From assembly GCA_016180945.1 (NCBI GenBank), contig JACPAG010000003.1:107394-171393 (forward strand): a stretch of 64,000 nucleotides of DNA, given 5' to 3'. The stretch's first letter is position 1. The number at the start of each line of letters is the position of its first letter. Below, piece by piece: positions 18,083-25,670 of this stretch. The position numbers and the translations under genes are program-made. Source of the DNA: Candidatus Aenigmatarchaeota archaeon (GTDB lineage: Archaea > Aenigmatarchaeota > Aenigmatarchaeia > GW2011-AR5). Below the pieces are notes generated by a model. The model saw only the letters and a program-made list of their open reading frames with translations, was not told where the DNA came from and searched no databases.

Positions 18083-19399
18083 TCATTTTTCCGCCTTTAA
18101 CATCTCAATCCAGTTCTTCATTCTTTCAAATTTCTCTAAAAGTTCCTCTTCATCGGCTGGATTCCTGCCGCCGCTTATGGTAACTTTTGCCTCTTTCATG
18201 CCCGTCTTTTTCAGCTTTTCGTTAGCCACGTAATCGAAAAATCTCTTCTGGTAATTTCTGTCCTGTTTCAGCATAAAATCGCCCATCGTTTCTTTCATTT
18301 CTTTGATGGCGAGCTCCCTCTCTCTTTTCTTCTCGTCCAGTATGAGACCACAGCGACCACAGAAATCTACAGTGGCAGGGTTCTGCATCCTGCATCTGAT
18401 ACATACTTTCGGTTTTAATTTTGACTTTTCTTTTTCCGTTTCCTCTTTCTTTATGCCGTATACGTTGAGCAGCGCATTATCAACGTCCCTGCCTGACAGA
18501 TGAACGTAAGTGGCTGCCTGACTTGAACGCTGCGTCCATCCGAATATTTCCTTAAGCTGTGCTTCTGTCAGCTTGTTCGCCAGCTCTGTTGCTCTGGAAT
18601 GCCTGAACAGATGCGGGTGTATCTTCTTTTTTATCCCAGCCTTCTCGCCTAGATTTTTCAGCATCATGGCTATTGCGCCGTAGCTCATCATTTTGTTCTT
18701 GTTCTTTGTGCCGATGCCCAGCCACAGAAAAGCGTCTGGATTGTCTTTCTCTGGATGGATGCTGACCCATGACCACAAAGAAGGAGATGATGCGATTAAT
18801 CTAACCCTTCTGTCGCCTGTCTTTCCGCTGACATGGATAACTGCCCCGTATTCGTCTGATTCGAGATTTTTCAATTTCAGCGTTGCCATCTCTCCGATTC
18901 TGCAACCAGATTCGTACAAACAGAAAACCAGTGCTTTATCTCTGGGATGGTCTGCGACATTAACCATCGTTATTATTTCGTCCTGCGTGAGCATGTCGTC
19001 TGGAAGCTTGTGGCTGTTGTTTCTTAACGTGGCTTTCAGCCATCTGACTTCTGGCGGATATTCATCGCTTTTTCTCAGCCATCTGTAAAATCTTTTGCAG
19101 ATTACACGGTAATCTTTTTTCGTGTAGTCCGCAAGAGGAGAAGTTTCTATAGTCCTGAAAATTCTTTCAATGCCTTCCCTGTCAGCATCTTCAAAATCCT
19201 TTTTGACAAGCTCGGAAATTTTTTTCAGGTGAGAAATATATTTTATGACTCTTGCCCTGCTGAGACCTTCAGAAAAAAGATAATCGCAGAATTTCAGGAT
19301 TGTTTTTTTATTCTGTTCCGAAGTTTTAAAATTGCCGATTCTTTTCAGCGTGGATTTCAGTCCCTGCTCGTAATTATGGAAATCCACTTTCACGCCCAT
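18083..19399 (-). CDS. tyrosine recombinase / integrase (XerC/D-like) with C-terminal zinc-ribbon extension
   Basis: Catalytic blocks SGCRIGEMATLK (Arg), HPHLFRHSRATELA (H-x-x-R) and AATYVHL (Tyr). Extra C-terminal CIRCRMQNPATVDFCGRCG, then a helical tail. Confidence 0.85.
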   Translation of the reverse strand: MGVKVDFHNYEQGLKSTLKRIGNFKTSEQNKKTILKFCDYLFSEGLSRARVIKYISHLKKISELVKKDFEDADREGIERIFRTIETSPLADYTKKDYRVICKRFYRWLRKSDEYPPEVRWLKATLRNNSHKLPDDMLTQDEIITMVNVADHPRDKALVFCLYESGCRIGEMATLKLKNLESDEYGAVIHVSGKTGDRRVRLIASSPSLWSWVSIHPEKDNPDAFLWLGIGTKNKNKMMSYGAIAMMLKNLGEKAGIKKKIHPHLFRHSRATELANKLTEAQLKEIFGWTQRSSQAATYVHLSGRDVDNALLNVYGIKKEETEKEKSKLKPKVCIRCRMQNPATVDFCGRCGLILDEKKRERELAIKEMKETMGDFMLKQDRNYQKRFFDYVANEKLKKTGMKEAKVTISGGRNPADEEELLEKFERMKNWIEMLKAEK

Positions 19400-19452
19400 A
19401 GATTATTTATGCCCCGCCTAGTATTTAAAGGCGGAGCATCTCGATTGCATTT

Positions 19453-19471
19453 GAATGCTCCCTAGGGGAAG
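19453..19471 (+). repeat. putative attR core
   Basis: 18/19 identity with 7476-7494. Preceded by the hairpin GGAGCAT...ATGCTCC. Confidence 0.5.
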
Positions 19472-19625
19472 TTCCCAGCTTTTCCGCCAGCGCTTTTCAG
19501 CAGAAAAGGGCTGTTTTGAACCCCTGTTTCAAGCTGCTTCCGTTTCTTTCCAGGGTTTCTTCCTAAGAAAGCCTCGAGAAGCTCGCATCCTTGACCGGAC
19601 TAGACGAAGGGAGCTTTCTAATTAA

Positions 19626-19754
19626 TACCACACATACCACCAATCTTTAGATGGTGGTAGTATCAGTGGTATGTGGAGTGTAAAAAACACTGCTATAGTA
19701 TCAGTGGCATCAGATCTAATAGATGTCACTGCATTTATGCAGTGGTTTTTCACA
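19626..19754 (+). repeat. family-B nested-hairpin element, copy 1
   Basis: Upstream hairpin CCACATACC...GGTATGTGG, then outer stem TGTAAAAAACACTGC (19679-19693) / GCAGTGGTTTTTCACA (19739-19754) enclosing an inner hairpin. The same frame occurs at 25210-25287. Confidence 0.6.
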
Positions 19755-19804
19755 AAATTGTCAAATCTTTATACACAAAAAGACTATAAATACAGGATTG
19801 TGGT

Positions 19805-20440
19805 ATGGCACCCGGTTCAAAAATAACACAGCAAGAGGTATGGGGCTCAATAGCCGAGCCATGGCACCGGGCAAGAACAAGAATGTATGACGACCTGAAG
19901 GAGTTTCTAAGAAACAACACCGGCAGAAATTTTGTGCTGGATTTGGGCTGCGGCTCCGGCCGCAGTTTTATGGCAGGCAAAAAATACGTAGGCGTGGATT
20001 TTTCTGAAAATATGTTAAGGCATGCGAAACAGAATGCAGAGAAAAATGGAATAGAAGCTCACTTGGTTAAGGCTGATGTATGCCACCTGCCTTTCAAATC
20101 AAATTCATTCAATACGGCCCTGCTTGTTGCCACCCTCCATTCAATGGAAGACCGTGCCATGTGCTTGGAAGAAATGAAAAGGGTTATGGAAAAAGGCAGC
20201 GAAGCCTTCGTAACCGTCTGGAACAAAAACCAGCCAAGATTTTTAATGTCAAAAAAAGAAAGCTATGTGCCTTGGAAAGTAAGCGGCAAGATTTATTGGA
20301 GATATTATTATCTTTTTGCCGAAGGGGAATTAAGAAAACTTCTCTCCGCCTACTTTAACGTCAAAAAAATATACGGCGGCAGGGAGAGGGTTTTAAAGTT
20401 ATTCCCGAAGAATATTATCGCTATCGTGAAGAAGATGTGA
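19805..20440 (+). CDS. class I SAM-dependent methyltransferase
   Basis: Motif I VLDLGCGSGR, then a post-I acidic residue and Methyltransf_11-like layout. Confidence 0.8.
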   Translation: MAPGSKITQQEVWGSIAEPWHRARTRMYDDLKEFLRNNTGRNFVLDLGCGSGRSFMAGKKYVGVDFSENMLRHAKQNAEKNGIEAHLVKADVCHLPFKSNSFNTALLVATLHSMEDRAMCLEEMKRVMEKGSEAFVTVWNKNQPRFLMSKKESYVPWKVSGKIYWRYYYLFAEGELRKLLSAYFNVKKIYGGRERVLKLFPKNIIAIVKKM

Positions 20441-20475
20441 TTTTCCAGTTTTTTAGCCTATATTTAGAGATTCAT

Positions 20476-20578
20476 GCGGGGGTACCCAAGTGGCCAAAGG
20501 GGCTAGATATCTGAAAATAGGCCATGCTTAGGACCTAGTGGCTTAGTGCCTTCGCAGGTTCGAATCCTGCCTCCCGCA
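20476..20578 (+). tRNA. tRNA-Leu (anticodon TAG) with a 19-nt intron at position 30/31
   Basis: GCGGGGG-TA-CCC-AAGTGGCCAAA-GGG-G-CTAG[ATATCTGAAAATAGGCCAT]G-CTTAGGA-CCTAG-TGGCTTAGTGCCTTC-GCAGG-TTCGAAT-CCTGC-CTCCCGC-A. The long variable arm indicates a class II tRNA. Confidence 0.8.
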
Positions 20579-20603
20579 TTTTTAAGACTTATGGATAAAA
20601 TAG

Positions 20604-20696
20604 CTTTGTTGAAAAAGTCGTGTGCATCTGTTTGATGCACACATACGGGTAACCCATTGGCGTCAAAACAGCCAATGGGTTTCTTTTTCAACAAAG
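20604..20696 (+). repeat. nested hairpin element between the two tRNA-Leu genes
   Basis: 14-bp outer stem CTTTGTTGAAAAAG / CTTTTTCAACAAAG encloses two perfect hairpins (GTGTGCATC...GATGCACAC and AACCCATTGGC...GCCAATGGGTT). Flanked by GGATAAAAT direct repeats. Confidence 0.6.
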
Positions 20697-20717
20697 CAGG
20701 ATAAAATGTATCAAGTC

Positions 20718-20836
20718 GCGAGAGTAGCCAAGTCAGCCCGGCATCTTAGAAGATGCCGTTCCTTGATTGGTCAAAGGCGCAAGGTTCAGGGCCTTGTCCC
20801 TTAGTGGGTTCGTCGGTTCAAATCCGGCCTCTCGCA
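20718..20836 (+). tRNA. tRNA-Leu (anticodon CAG) with a ~35-nt intron in the D-loop
   Basis: GCGAGAG-TA-GCC-AAGT[CAGCCCGGCATCTTAGAAGATGCCGTTCCTTGATT]GGTCAAA-GGC-G-CAAGG-TTCAGGG-CCTTG-TCCCTTAGTGGGTTC-GTCGG-TTCAAAT-CCGGC-CTCTCGC-A. Without the insert the D-loop (AAGTGGTCAAA) matches that of the neighbouring tRNA-Leu. Confidence 0.8.
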
Positions 20837-20838
20837 TC

Positions 20839-20993
20839 AATTATCGGATTTCCGTGAAGAAAATAATTTTCTTCAGGATGCCAAAGAACTTTTAGTTCTT
20901 TGAGCATGAACCTCGGTTCATCTTCGGCTGAGCGAAGCTCGCCGAGACCTCAAAGAAGCTCTGCTTCTTTGCAGGAATCCGGCCCTTCGCATC
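20839..20993 (+). repeat. hairpin array bracketed by a duplicated tRNA-Leu(CAG) 3' end
   Basis: AATCCGGCCTCTCGCATC (20821-20838, tRNA 3' end) recurs as AATCCGGCCCTTCGCATC (20976-20993). The 137 bp between them are consecutive hairpins. Confidence 0.55.
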
Positions 20994-21035
20994 TGCTTTC
21001 TTTAAAAAGAAAGTAGCCAAAGAAATTCATTAATT

Positions 21036-21452
21036 ATGTACCGAAAAGGAGTTCTTGGAATAGTAATAGACAAACGCAAGAGATTTCTTATTCTGTGCCG
21101 TGTCCTTCACTGGCGCGGCTGGGAATTCCCGAAAGGCGGCATAGATAAAGGCGAGACCGCCGAAGAAGCGCTGCTTAGGGAAGTAAAAGAAGAAACCGGG
21201 CTGGATGCAAAAATTATCTGCAGAATGCCATACGTAATTACTTATGATTACCCTGAAAGTTTCATAAAAAAGACAAAAACAAAATATGCCGGTGCAAAGC
21301 AGACGGTCTATCTTCTTTTAGCTGGCGGCAGTGTAAAGTTGTCCAAAGAACACAAAAAATTCAGGTGGGCCTCTTACAAGCAGGCAAGAAAGCTGTTGAA
21401 ACACGAAAGCCAGAAGAAAGCTCTTGATGCCGCTTACCAGTATGTTATCTAA
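21036..21452 (+). CDS. Nudix hydrolase
   Basis: Nudix box GGIDKGETAEEALLREVKEETGL. Confidence 0.85.
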   Translation: MYRKGVLGIVIDKRKRFLILCRVLHWRGWEFPKGGIDKGETAEEALLREVKEETGLDAKIICRMPYVITYDYPESFIKKTKTKYAGAKQTVYLLLAGGSVKLSKEHKKFRWASYKQARKLLKHESQKKALDAAYQYVI

Positions 21453-21566
21453 GAAGACATTGAAAACTGCCGTCTTTAGACGGCAGATGAAATACAATGT
21501 CTTCTGGATCCCATCTTCTCACAAACCACCGACTTTAGTCGGTGGTATATAAAGAAGATGTGATTT
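21447..21566 (+). repeat. family-A modular nested-hairpin element, copy 1 (120 nt)
   Basis: Frame ATCTAAGAAGACATTG...CAATGTCTTCTGGATCCCATCTTCTCAC...ACCACCGACTTTAGTCGGTGGT...AAGAAGATGTGATT, with one extra hairpin (CTGCCGTCTTTAGACGGCAG). Its TAA supplies the Nudix gene stop codon. Confidence 0.8.
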
Positions 21567-21570
21567 AGAA

Positions 21571-22668
21571 TCAGGCTCCGTTAAAGTGGCAGCGGATGAA
21601 AAGTTTCATATGCTGTATAATGTTTCTGCTCTCGGCAAATTGAAGTCGTGAATCTTTTGCTGAAACAGTCAGCATCTTCATATCTTCCGGCTTTTCGTAG
21701 TCTAGTTTTTTCAGCCTTCCTTTCGACTTAAAAAATCCAGAAACCGCCCCTTTTACTATTGCAGCGATGTGTTTGTTTGCACCTTCCTTGATTAAGTAAG
21801 CCCTGTTTATTCTTAAATCGCCTGCAATCACCGAAGAGATAAACTTTTTCGATTGAAAATAAGTTTTTCTGATGGCATCAAAAAAATCAAAATGCCTGAG
21901 AAACAGAATCGTCGTGTTCCTGAAATACCAGTAAAGGAAATGGGCCATTGTAGATATGTCTCTGGTGCCGCCGTCTTTTGCTGTATTGTGATAAGCAATT
22001 GCTCTGGGCTCAAATATTATTTTGCCTTTTTTTGACACACGCAGGCATATGTCCGTTTCTTCCCTGTACGCATTGCCCTTGAACCGCGTGTCAAAGCCGT
22101 GCAACCTTATAAGAGCATCCCTCCTGAACGACATATTCCCGCCCATGAGAAATTTGACAGGCGACGGCTTCATAAGCCGCGCGTCCTTTGCATATTTTAT
22201 TCTGTAGTTATGGGATATATCCCCTTCAGGCGTAATCCTGCCTTTCCATTTCCGGTTTATGCCCGCCGCTCTTTTAGATTCGACCACCGGCCCGCCTGCG
22301 CCGCCAACAGATTTGCTTCTGTAATGTTTTGCCAGGTTACGCAGCCAGTGCCTGTGGGCATAACCATCGTCATCTACAAAAGCAACAACCTCGCCTGAAG
22401 AAACAGCAATGCCCAGATTCCTGGATTTTGTTACGCCCTGTCTTTTTTTGTTTCTTAGATAAATTATGCTGGCGTCTTTTATTGTATTTTTACAGTTAAT
22501 GGATACGGAGTTCATAGCATTAACAAAATCTTTTTCTTCAGAGGCATCGTCTACCACTATAATTTCTTTTGGTTTGAGTGACTGGCTCAATAAGGAAGCT
22601 ATGCATTTCTGGAGATGCGCCGCCCTGTTCCTCGTGCAGACGACTACGGATATAGAAGGGAAGGACAT
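21571..22668 (-). CDS. glycosyltransferase family 2
   Basis: GT-A N-terminus ISVVVCTRNRAAHLQKCIASLLSQ, IIVVDDASE and DxD-like VAFVDDDG. Confidence 0.8.
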   Translation of the reverse strand: MSFPSISVVVCTRNRAAHLQKCIASLLSQSLKPKEIIVVDDASEEKDFVNAMNSVSINCKNTIKDASIIYLRNKKRQGVTKSRNLGIAVSSGEVVAFVDDDGYAHRHWLRNLAKHYRSKSVGGAGGPVVESKRAAGINRKWKGRITPEGDISHNYRIKYAKDARLMKPSPVKFLMGGNMSFRRDALIRLHGFDTRFKGNAYREETDICLRVSKKGKIIFEPRAIAYHNTAKDGGTRDISTMAHFLYWYFRNTTILFLRHFDFFDAIRKTYFQSKKFISSVIAGDLRINRAYLIKEGANKHIAAIVKGAVSGFFKSKGRLKKLDYEKPEDMKMLTVSAKDSRLQFAESRNIIQHMKLFIRCHFNGA

Positions 22669-22690
22669 AATAATAAATGTCTCTTGAATG

Positions 22691-23443
22691 TTATAAACAT
22701 TTTTTAGTACCGCAGGCTAAATAAGACTCTGAAACTATTAAAGCAATTGGCATTAGATTATCGGGAAATTTTCTTGAAATTTTAGTTACTCTACCAAAAA
22801 TGTTTAAAAAATATTTCTGAAGCGGCTTGGGTACAAGAGGCAATTCGTCGTTGCCCTCTGTGAAAATAGGCAGGCGAATAATCGCGGGTTTTAAGGTTAC
22901 GTCATCAAAAAACTGTGAGAATAGCCTGCGAAGCACTCTATAAGACACCTTTTCCTGACAGAACTTTTCTTTCTTCCATTTTTGCATATAGACAAAATCC
23001 CAGAAGCACGGCTTTGACTTTGTTACGACAACTAGCTTGCCGTTATCCCTTAATAGATTGTTGAACCGTTCGATTGCCGCCGCCTTGTCCTTTATGTATT
23101 CAAAAGAGCGCACAGCAAAAATCTTGTCGAATTTGAAGTCAGTTTGTGAAAAGGAATCGGATAATAAGAATTTTACATTTTTTCTATTTACATACCTTTT
23201 TGCCCGTTTCAGCATATCTTTTGATATGTCTATGGCAATTAATTTTTTGCATTTTTCGGCTATTAATTTTGTCCATACGCCAGGGCCGCAGCCAACCTCT
23301 AGAATTACATCATTTTCTTTGGGCTCCAAGTATTCCAGCAGGATGCTTTTGGTAAGGGAATAATCTGACCTCGCAACAGCCGACTTAAGCCATTGGCTAT
23401 AGGCATACGTTTTCGATAGAATATCCCAGTAATGAGCCTTCAT
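22691..23443 (-). CDS. class I SAM-dependent methyltransferase
   Basis: Motif I ILEVGCGPGVW, followed by LIAIDIS. Confidence 0.8.
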   Translation of the reverse strand: MKAHYWDILSKTYAYSQWLKSAVARSDYSLTKSILLEYLEPKENDVILEVGCGPGVWTKLIAEKCKKLIAIDISKDMLKRAKRYVNRKNVKFLLSDSFSQTDFKFDKIFAVRSFEYIKDKAAAIERFNNLLRDNGKLVVVTKSKPCFWDFVYMQKWKKEKFCQEKVSYRVLRRLFSQFFDDVTLKPAIIRLPIFTEGNDELPLVPKPLQKYFLNIFGRVTKISRKFPDNLMPIALIVSESYLACGTKKCL

Positions 23444-23446
23444 AAT

Positions 23447-23536
23447 TATCTAAGAAGACATTGAAAATGTCTTCTGGATCCCATCTTCTCACAAACCACC
23501 GACTTTAGTCGGTGGTATAATAAGGAAGATGTGATT
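23447..23536 (+). repeat. family-A element, copy 2 (minimal 90-nt frame)
   Basis: TATCTAAGAAGACATT-GAA-AATGTCTTCT-GGATCCCATCTTCTCACAA-ACCACCGACTTTAGTCGGTGGT-ATAATAAGGAAGATGTGATT. Fills the spacer between the methyltransferase start and the lysS stop. Confidence 0.8.
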
Positions 23537-23537
23537 A

Positions 23538-25124
23538 TCAGCTACCCGCTGTAAGCCTGTCCAGCATCTTCGCAACCTTCTTCTGCCCAAGCGCTATGAT
23601 AAACTGCGCCAGCCTCGGCCCCAGGCGGTTGTTCAGCAGAACGACATACGCCGCCTCAAAGAACTCCCTCGGCTGCAGATTGTTTTCTTTCGCTATTTCA
23701 AACAATCTCGATGAAAGCTCCTCTTCAGTAAATGTTTTTGACTTCAGCTCTGCTGCCAGCTGAACAAGCGAGCGTTTCTGGCTTTCTGACAGCGCGTATT
23801 CAATCTTTTCCTCAGGTATCGTATCCCTGACCCAGTTCTCGGCGTATTTTATCCTTTTTTTAATTTCTGTTTCATCGTTCTTGCCAACTTCTTTTGGCAT
23901 GTGCCCAGTTCTTTTCAGCATGTCCACGATTATCTTCTTGTTTTTCGCAATCCTGAAAAGAGTTGTCAGCATTCCGTACTGGACCATTGCCGTCGGCTCT
24001 TTCGGCTTCAGGAAATTCACGTATTCGTGCAGCCTTTTCATGTGTTCCAGTTCCTTCTCATTTCCAACCTTCACCTTTCCGGAATACACCCTTGCAAGTT
24101 CGTCGACCTCGTCCATGTAAGCCGGTATGGCATCCGGGTCTACGACGCGCGATGTTCCTAACCGTTTCAGGAACAGCAGCCGCAGGCTTGCAGGGCTTGC
24201 GTATCTTAGCCATCTTTCAGGCGTGAATATATTTCCCGCGCTCTTGGAAATCTTTTTGCCGTTGCGTTCCGTGAACATCTCATAGAACGAATGCAGGGGC
24301 GGCTCATAGTTTAATATTTCCTTGCATATGGCATCATTGCAGCGGACGCTGTCCAGAATGTCTTTGCCGTACGCCTCGTAATTTATTTTTAGCGCGCGCC
24401 AGCGCGCTGCAAACTCTACCTTCCAGACAAGCTTCCCGTCTCTTATGCCGGCTTCGCTCTCGATGCCGCAGCCCTTTATCACTATTTCCTTTCCCGTCGA
24501 CGAATTTTTCCCCACGAACTCCAAATCACATTTGTACAATATTTTCCCGTCAACGAATTTGTACGCGCGCGTCGTGTATATCCGTCCGCAGTTTTTGCAT
24601 ATCGGCAGGAACGGCAGCTGCGTCAGGTATTTGTCCTGGCCGGTTACACGCTTGATTATTTCTCCCGCCTGCTGCCATTTCGAGAGTATTTCCGTGATTT
24701 CTTTGTCCAGCGTCCCTTTTGCGTACTCTTCGTTCGCGCGTTTCAGACGGAATTTTACATCAACCATCCTGAAAGCTCTTATCAGCAGGGACGATATGTG
24801 GTAGGCATAACTTTTGTGGCACCCGAAGGGGTCGTCAATCATCGAGACAGGCTTTCCAACATCCTTTTCCAGGGAATCCGGCATGCCGGCCGGTATTTTT
24901 CTTAACCCATCGCGATCGTCAGAAAACGCAATGAATTCGCTCTTCTCGCCCAGCCCTTTCAGCGCGATGCTTACGACATACGAGCGCACGCCGTCGCCCA
25001 GCGAGCCGACATGCGGTATGCCCGAAGCTCCCAGACCCATTTCAGTCCGCAGTTTTTTCGTCCTTCCGCCAAACCTCTCAGCAACCTCTTTCGCCGTCTG
25101 GTCAACCCAGAATAAATTATTCAT
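23538..25124 (-). CDS. lysS: class I lysyl-tRNA synthetase
   Basis: HIGH-type SGIPHVGSLGD and KMSKS-type KISKSAGN. The size and layout are those of archaeal class I LysRS. The ORF track starts 9 nt upstream at 25133. Confidence 0.9.
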   Translation of the reverse strand: MNNLFWVDQTAKEVAERFGGRTKKLRTEMGLGASGIPHVGSLGDGVRSYVVSIALKGLGEKSEFIAFSDDRDGLRKIPAGMPDSLEKDVGKPVSMIDDPFGCHKSYAYHISSLLIRAFRMVDVKFRLKRANEEYAKGTLDKEITEILSKWQQAGEIIKRVTGQDKYLTQLPFLPICKNCGRIYTTRAYKFVDGKILYKCDLEFVGKNSSTGKEIVIKGCGIESEAGIRDGKLVWKVEFAARWRALKINYEAYGKDILDSVRCNDAICKEILNYEPPLHSFYEMFTERNGKKISKSAGNIFTPERWLRYASPASLRLLFLKRLGTSRVVDPDAIPAYMDEVDELARVYSGKVKVGNEKELEHMKRLHEYVNFLKPKEPTAMVQYGMLTTLFRIAKNKKIIVDMLKRTGHMPKEVGKNDETEIKKRIKYAENWVRDTIPEEKIEYALSESQKRSLVQLAAELKSKTFTEEELSSRLFEIAKENNLQPREFFEAAYVVLLNNRLGPRLAQFIIALGQKKVAKMLDRLTAGS

Positions 25125-25162
25125 AGATATCATTTAGAAAGAGAAAATTAAAAGATATGGAA

Positions 25163-25287
25163 ATCTGGCATTCCACTGTTTTAAAACAGCGGTGGAGTGG
25201 AATGCTGGCTGTAAAAAACACTGCATTAATATCCGTGGCTTCAGTAATCGTAAAGAAGCCACTGCCTTTAGGCAGTGGTTTTTCACA
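25163..25287 (+). repeat. family-B nested-hairpin element, copy 2
   Basis: Upstream hairpin CTGGCATTCCAC...GTGGAATGCTGG, then TGTAAAAAACACTGC (25210-25224) / GCAGTGGTTTTTCACA (25272-25287) enclosing GTGGCTTC...GAAGCCAC and CACTGCCTTTAGGCAGTG. Confidence 0.6.
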
Positions 25288-25557
25288 TTATCGCGGCTGG
25301 TAAAACGGGCAATCTAGGCAGTCGGTCTGAGGATTTATTTTCAATTGATACCCATCCTTGTTAAGGACCCAGTTATCAGTACCAAGTCGTTCTTTCTTTG
25401 TGCCACCCGGTGCGGGATAACCCCTCCTTTTGCCGTTACTTGTGCAGTACGATACGTCTTCAACTCTGTCCCTTAATCCGCTGAATCGAGTTCTGCCTGC
25501 AAATATGCACTCCCCGTTCGGCCATATGTGCCCTGATCGTTGTGCAACAAGCGTCAT
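25288..25557 (-). CDS. hypothetical small protein
   Basis: 89-aa ORF in an otherwise unassigned gap. No motif recognised. Confidence 0.3.
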   Translation of the reverse strand: MTLVAQRSGHIWPNGECIFAGRTRFSGLRDRVEDVSYCTSNGKRRGYPAPGGTKKERLGTDNWVLNKDGYQLKINPQTDCLDCPFYQPR

Positions 25558-25670
25558 CTATCCCACCCCTGTCCCACTTTTATGTGGCAAATTATTTAAA
25601 GTTATGTTATACGTAAATTTATTACGAAATTCGGAATCATGTATAATTTGAGGCGAGGAACAAATTTTAT

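Larger units (their letters stand above)
7476..19471. mobile_element. ~12 kb integrated element (integrative plasmid or defence-island-like) with terminal direct repeats and an integrase
   Basis: GAATGCTCCCTAGGcGAAG (7476-7494) and GAATGCTCCCTAGGgGAAG (19453-19471) are direct repeats. The intact tyrosine integrase gene abuts the right repeat. The interior is visibly AT-rich and lacks the hairpin elements that fill host spacers. Confidence 0.6.

Noticed and set aside
20503-20804. ORFs 20503..20694(-) and 20622..20804(+)
   Set aside because: They overlap two well-formed tRNA-Leu genes and the nested hairpin between them. No coding features.
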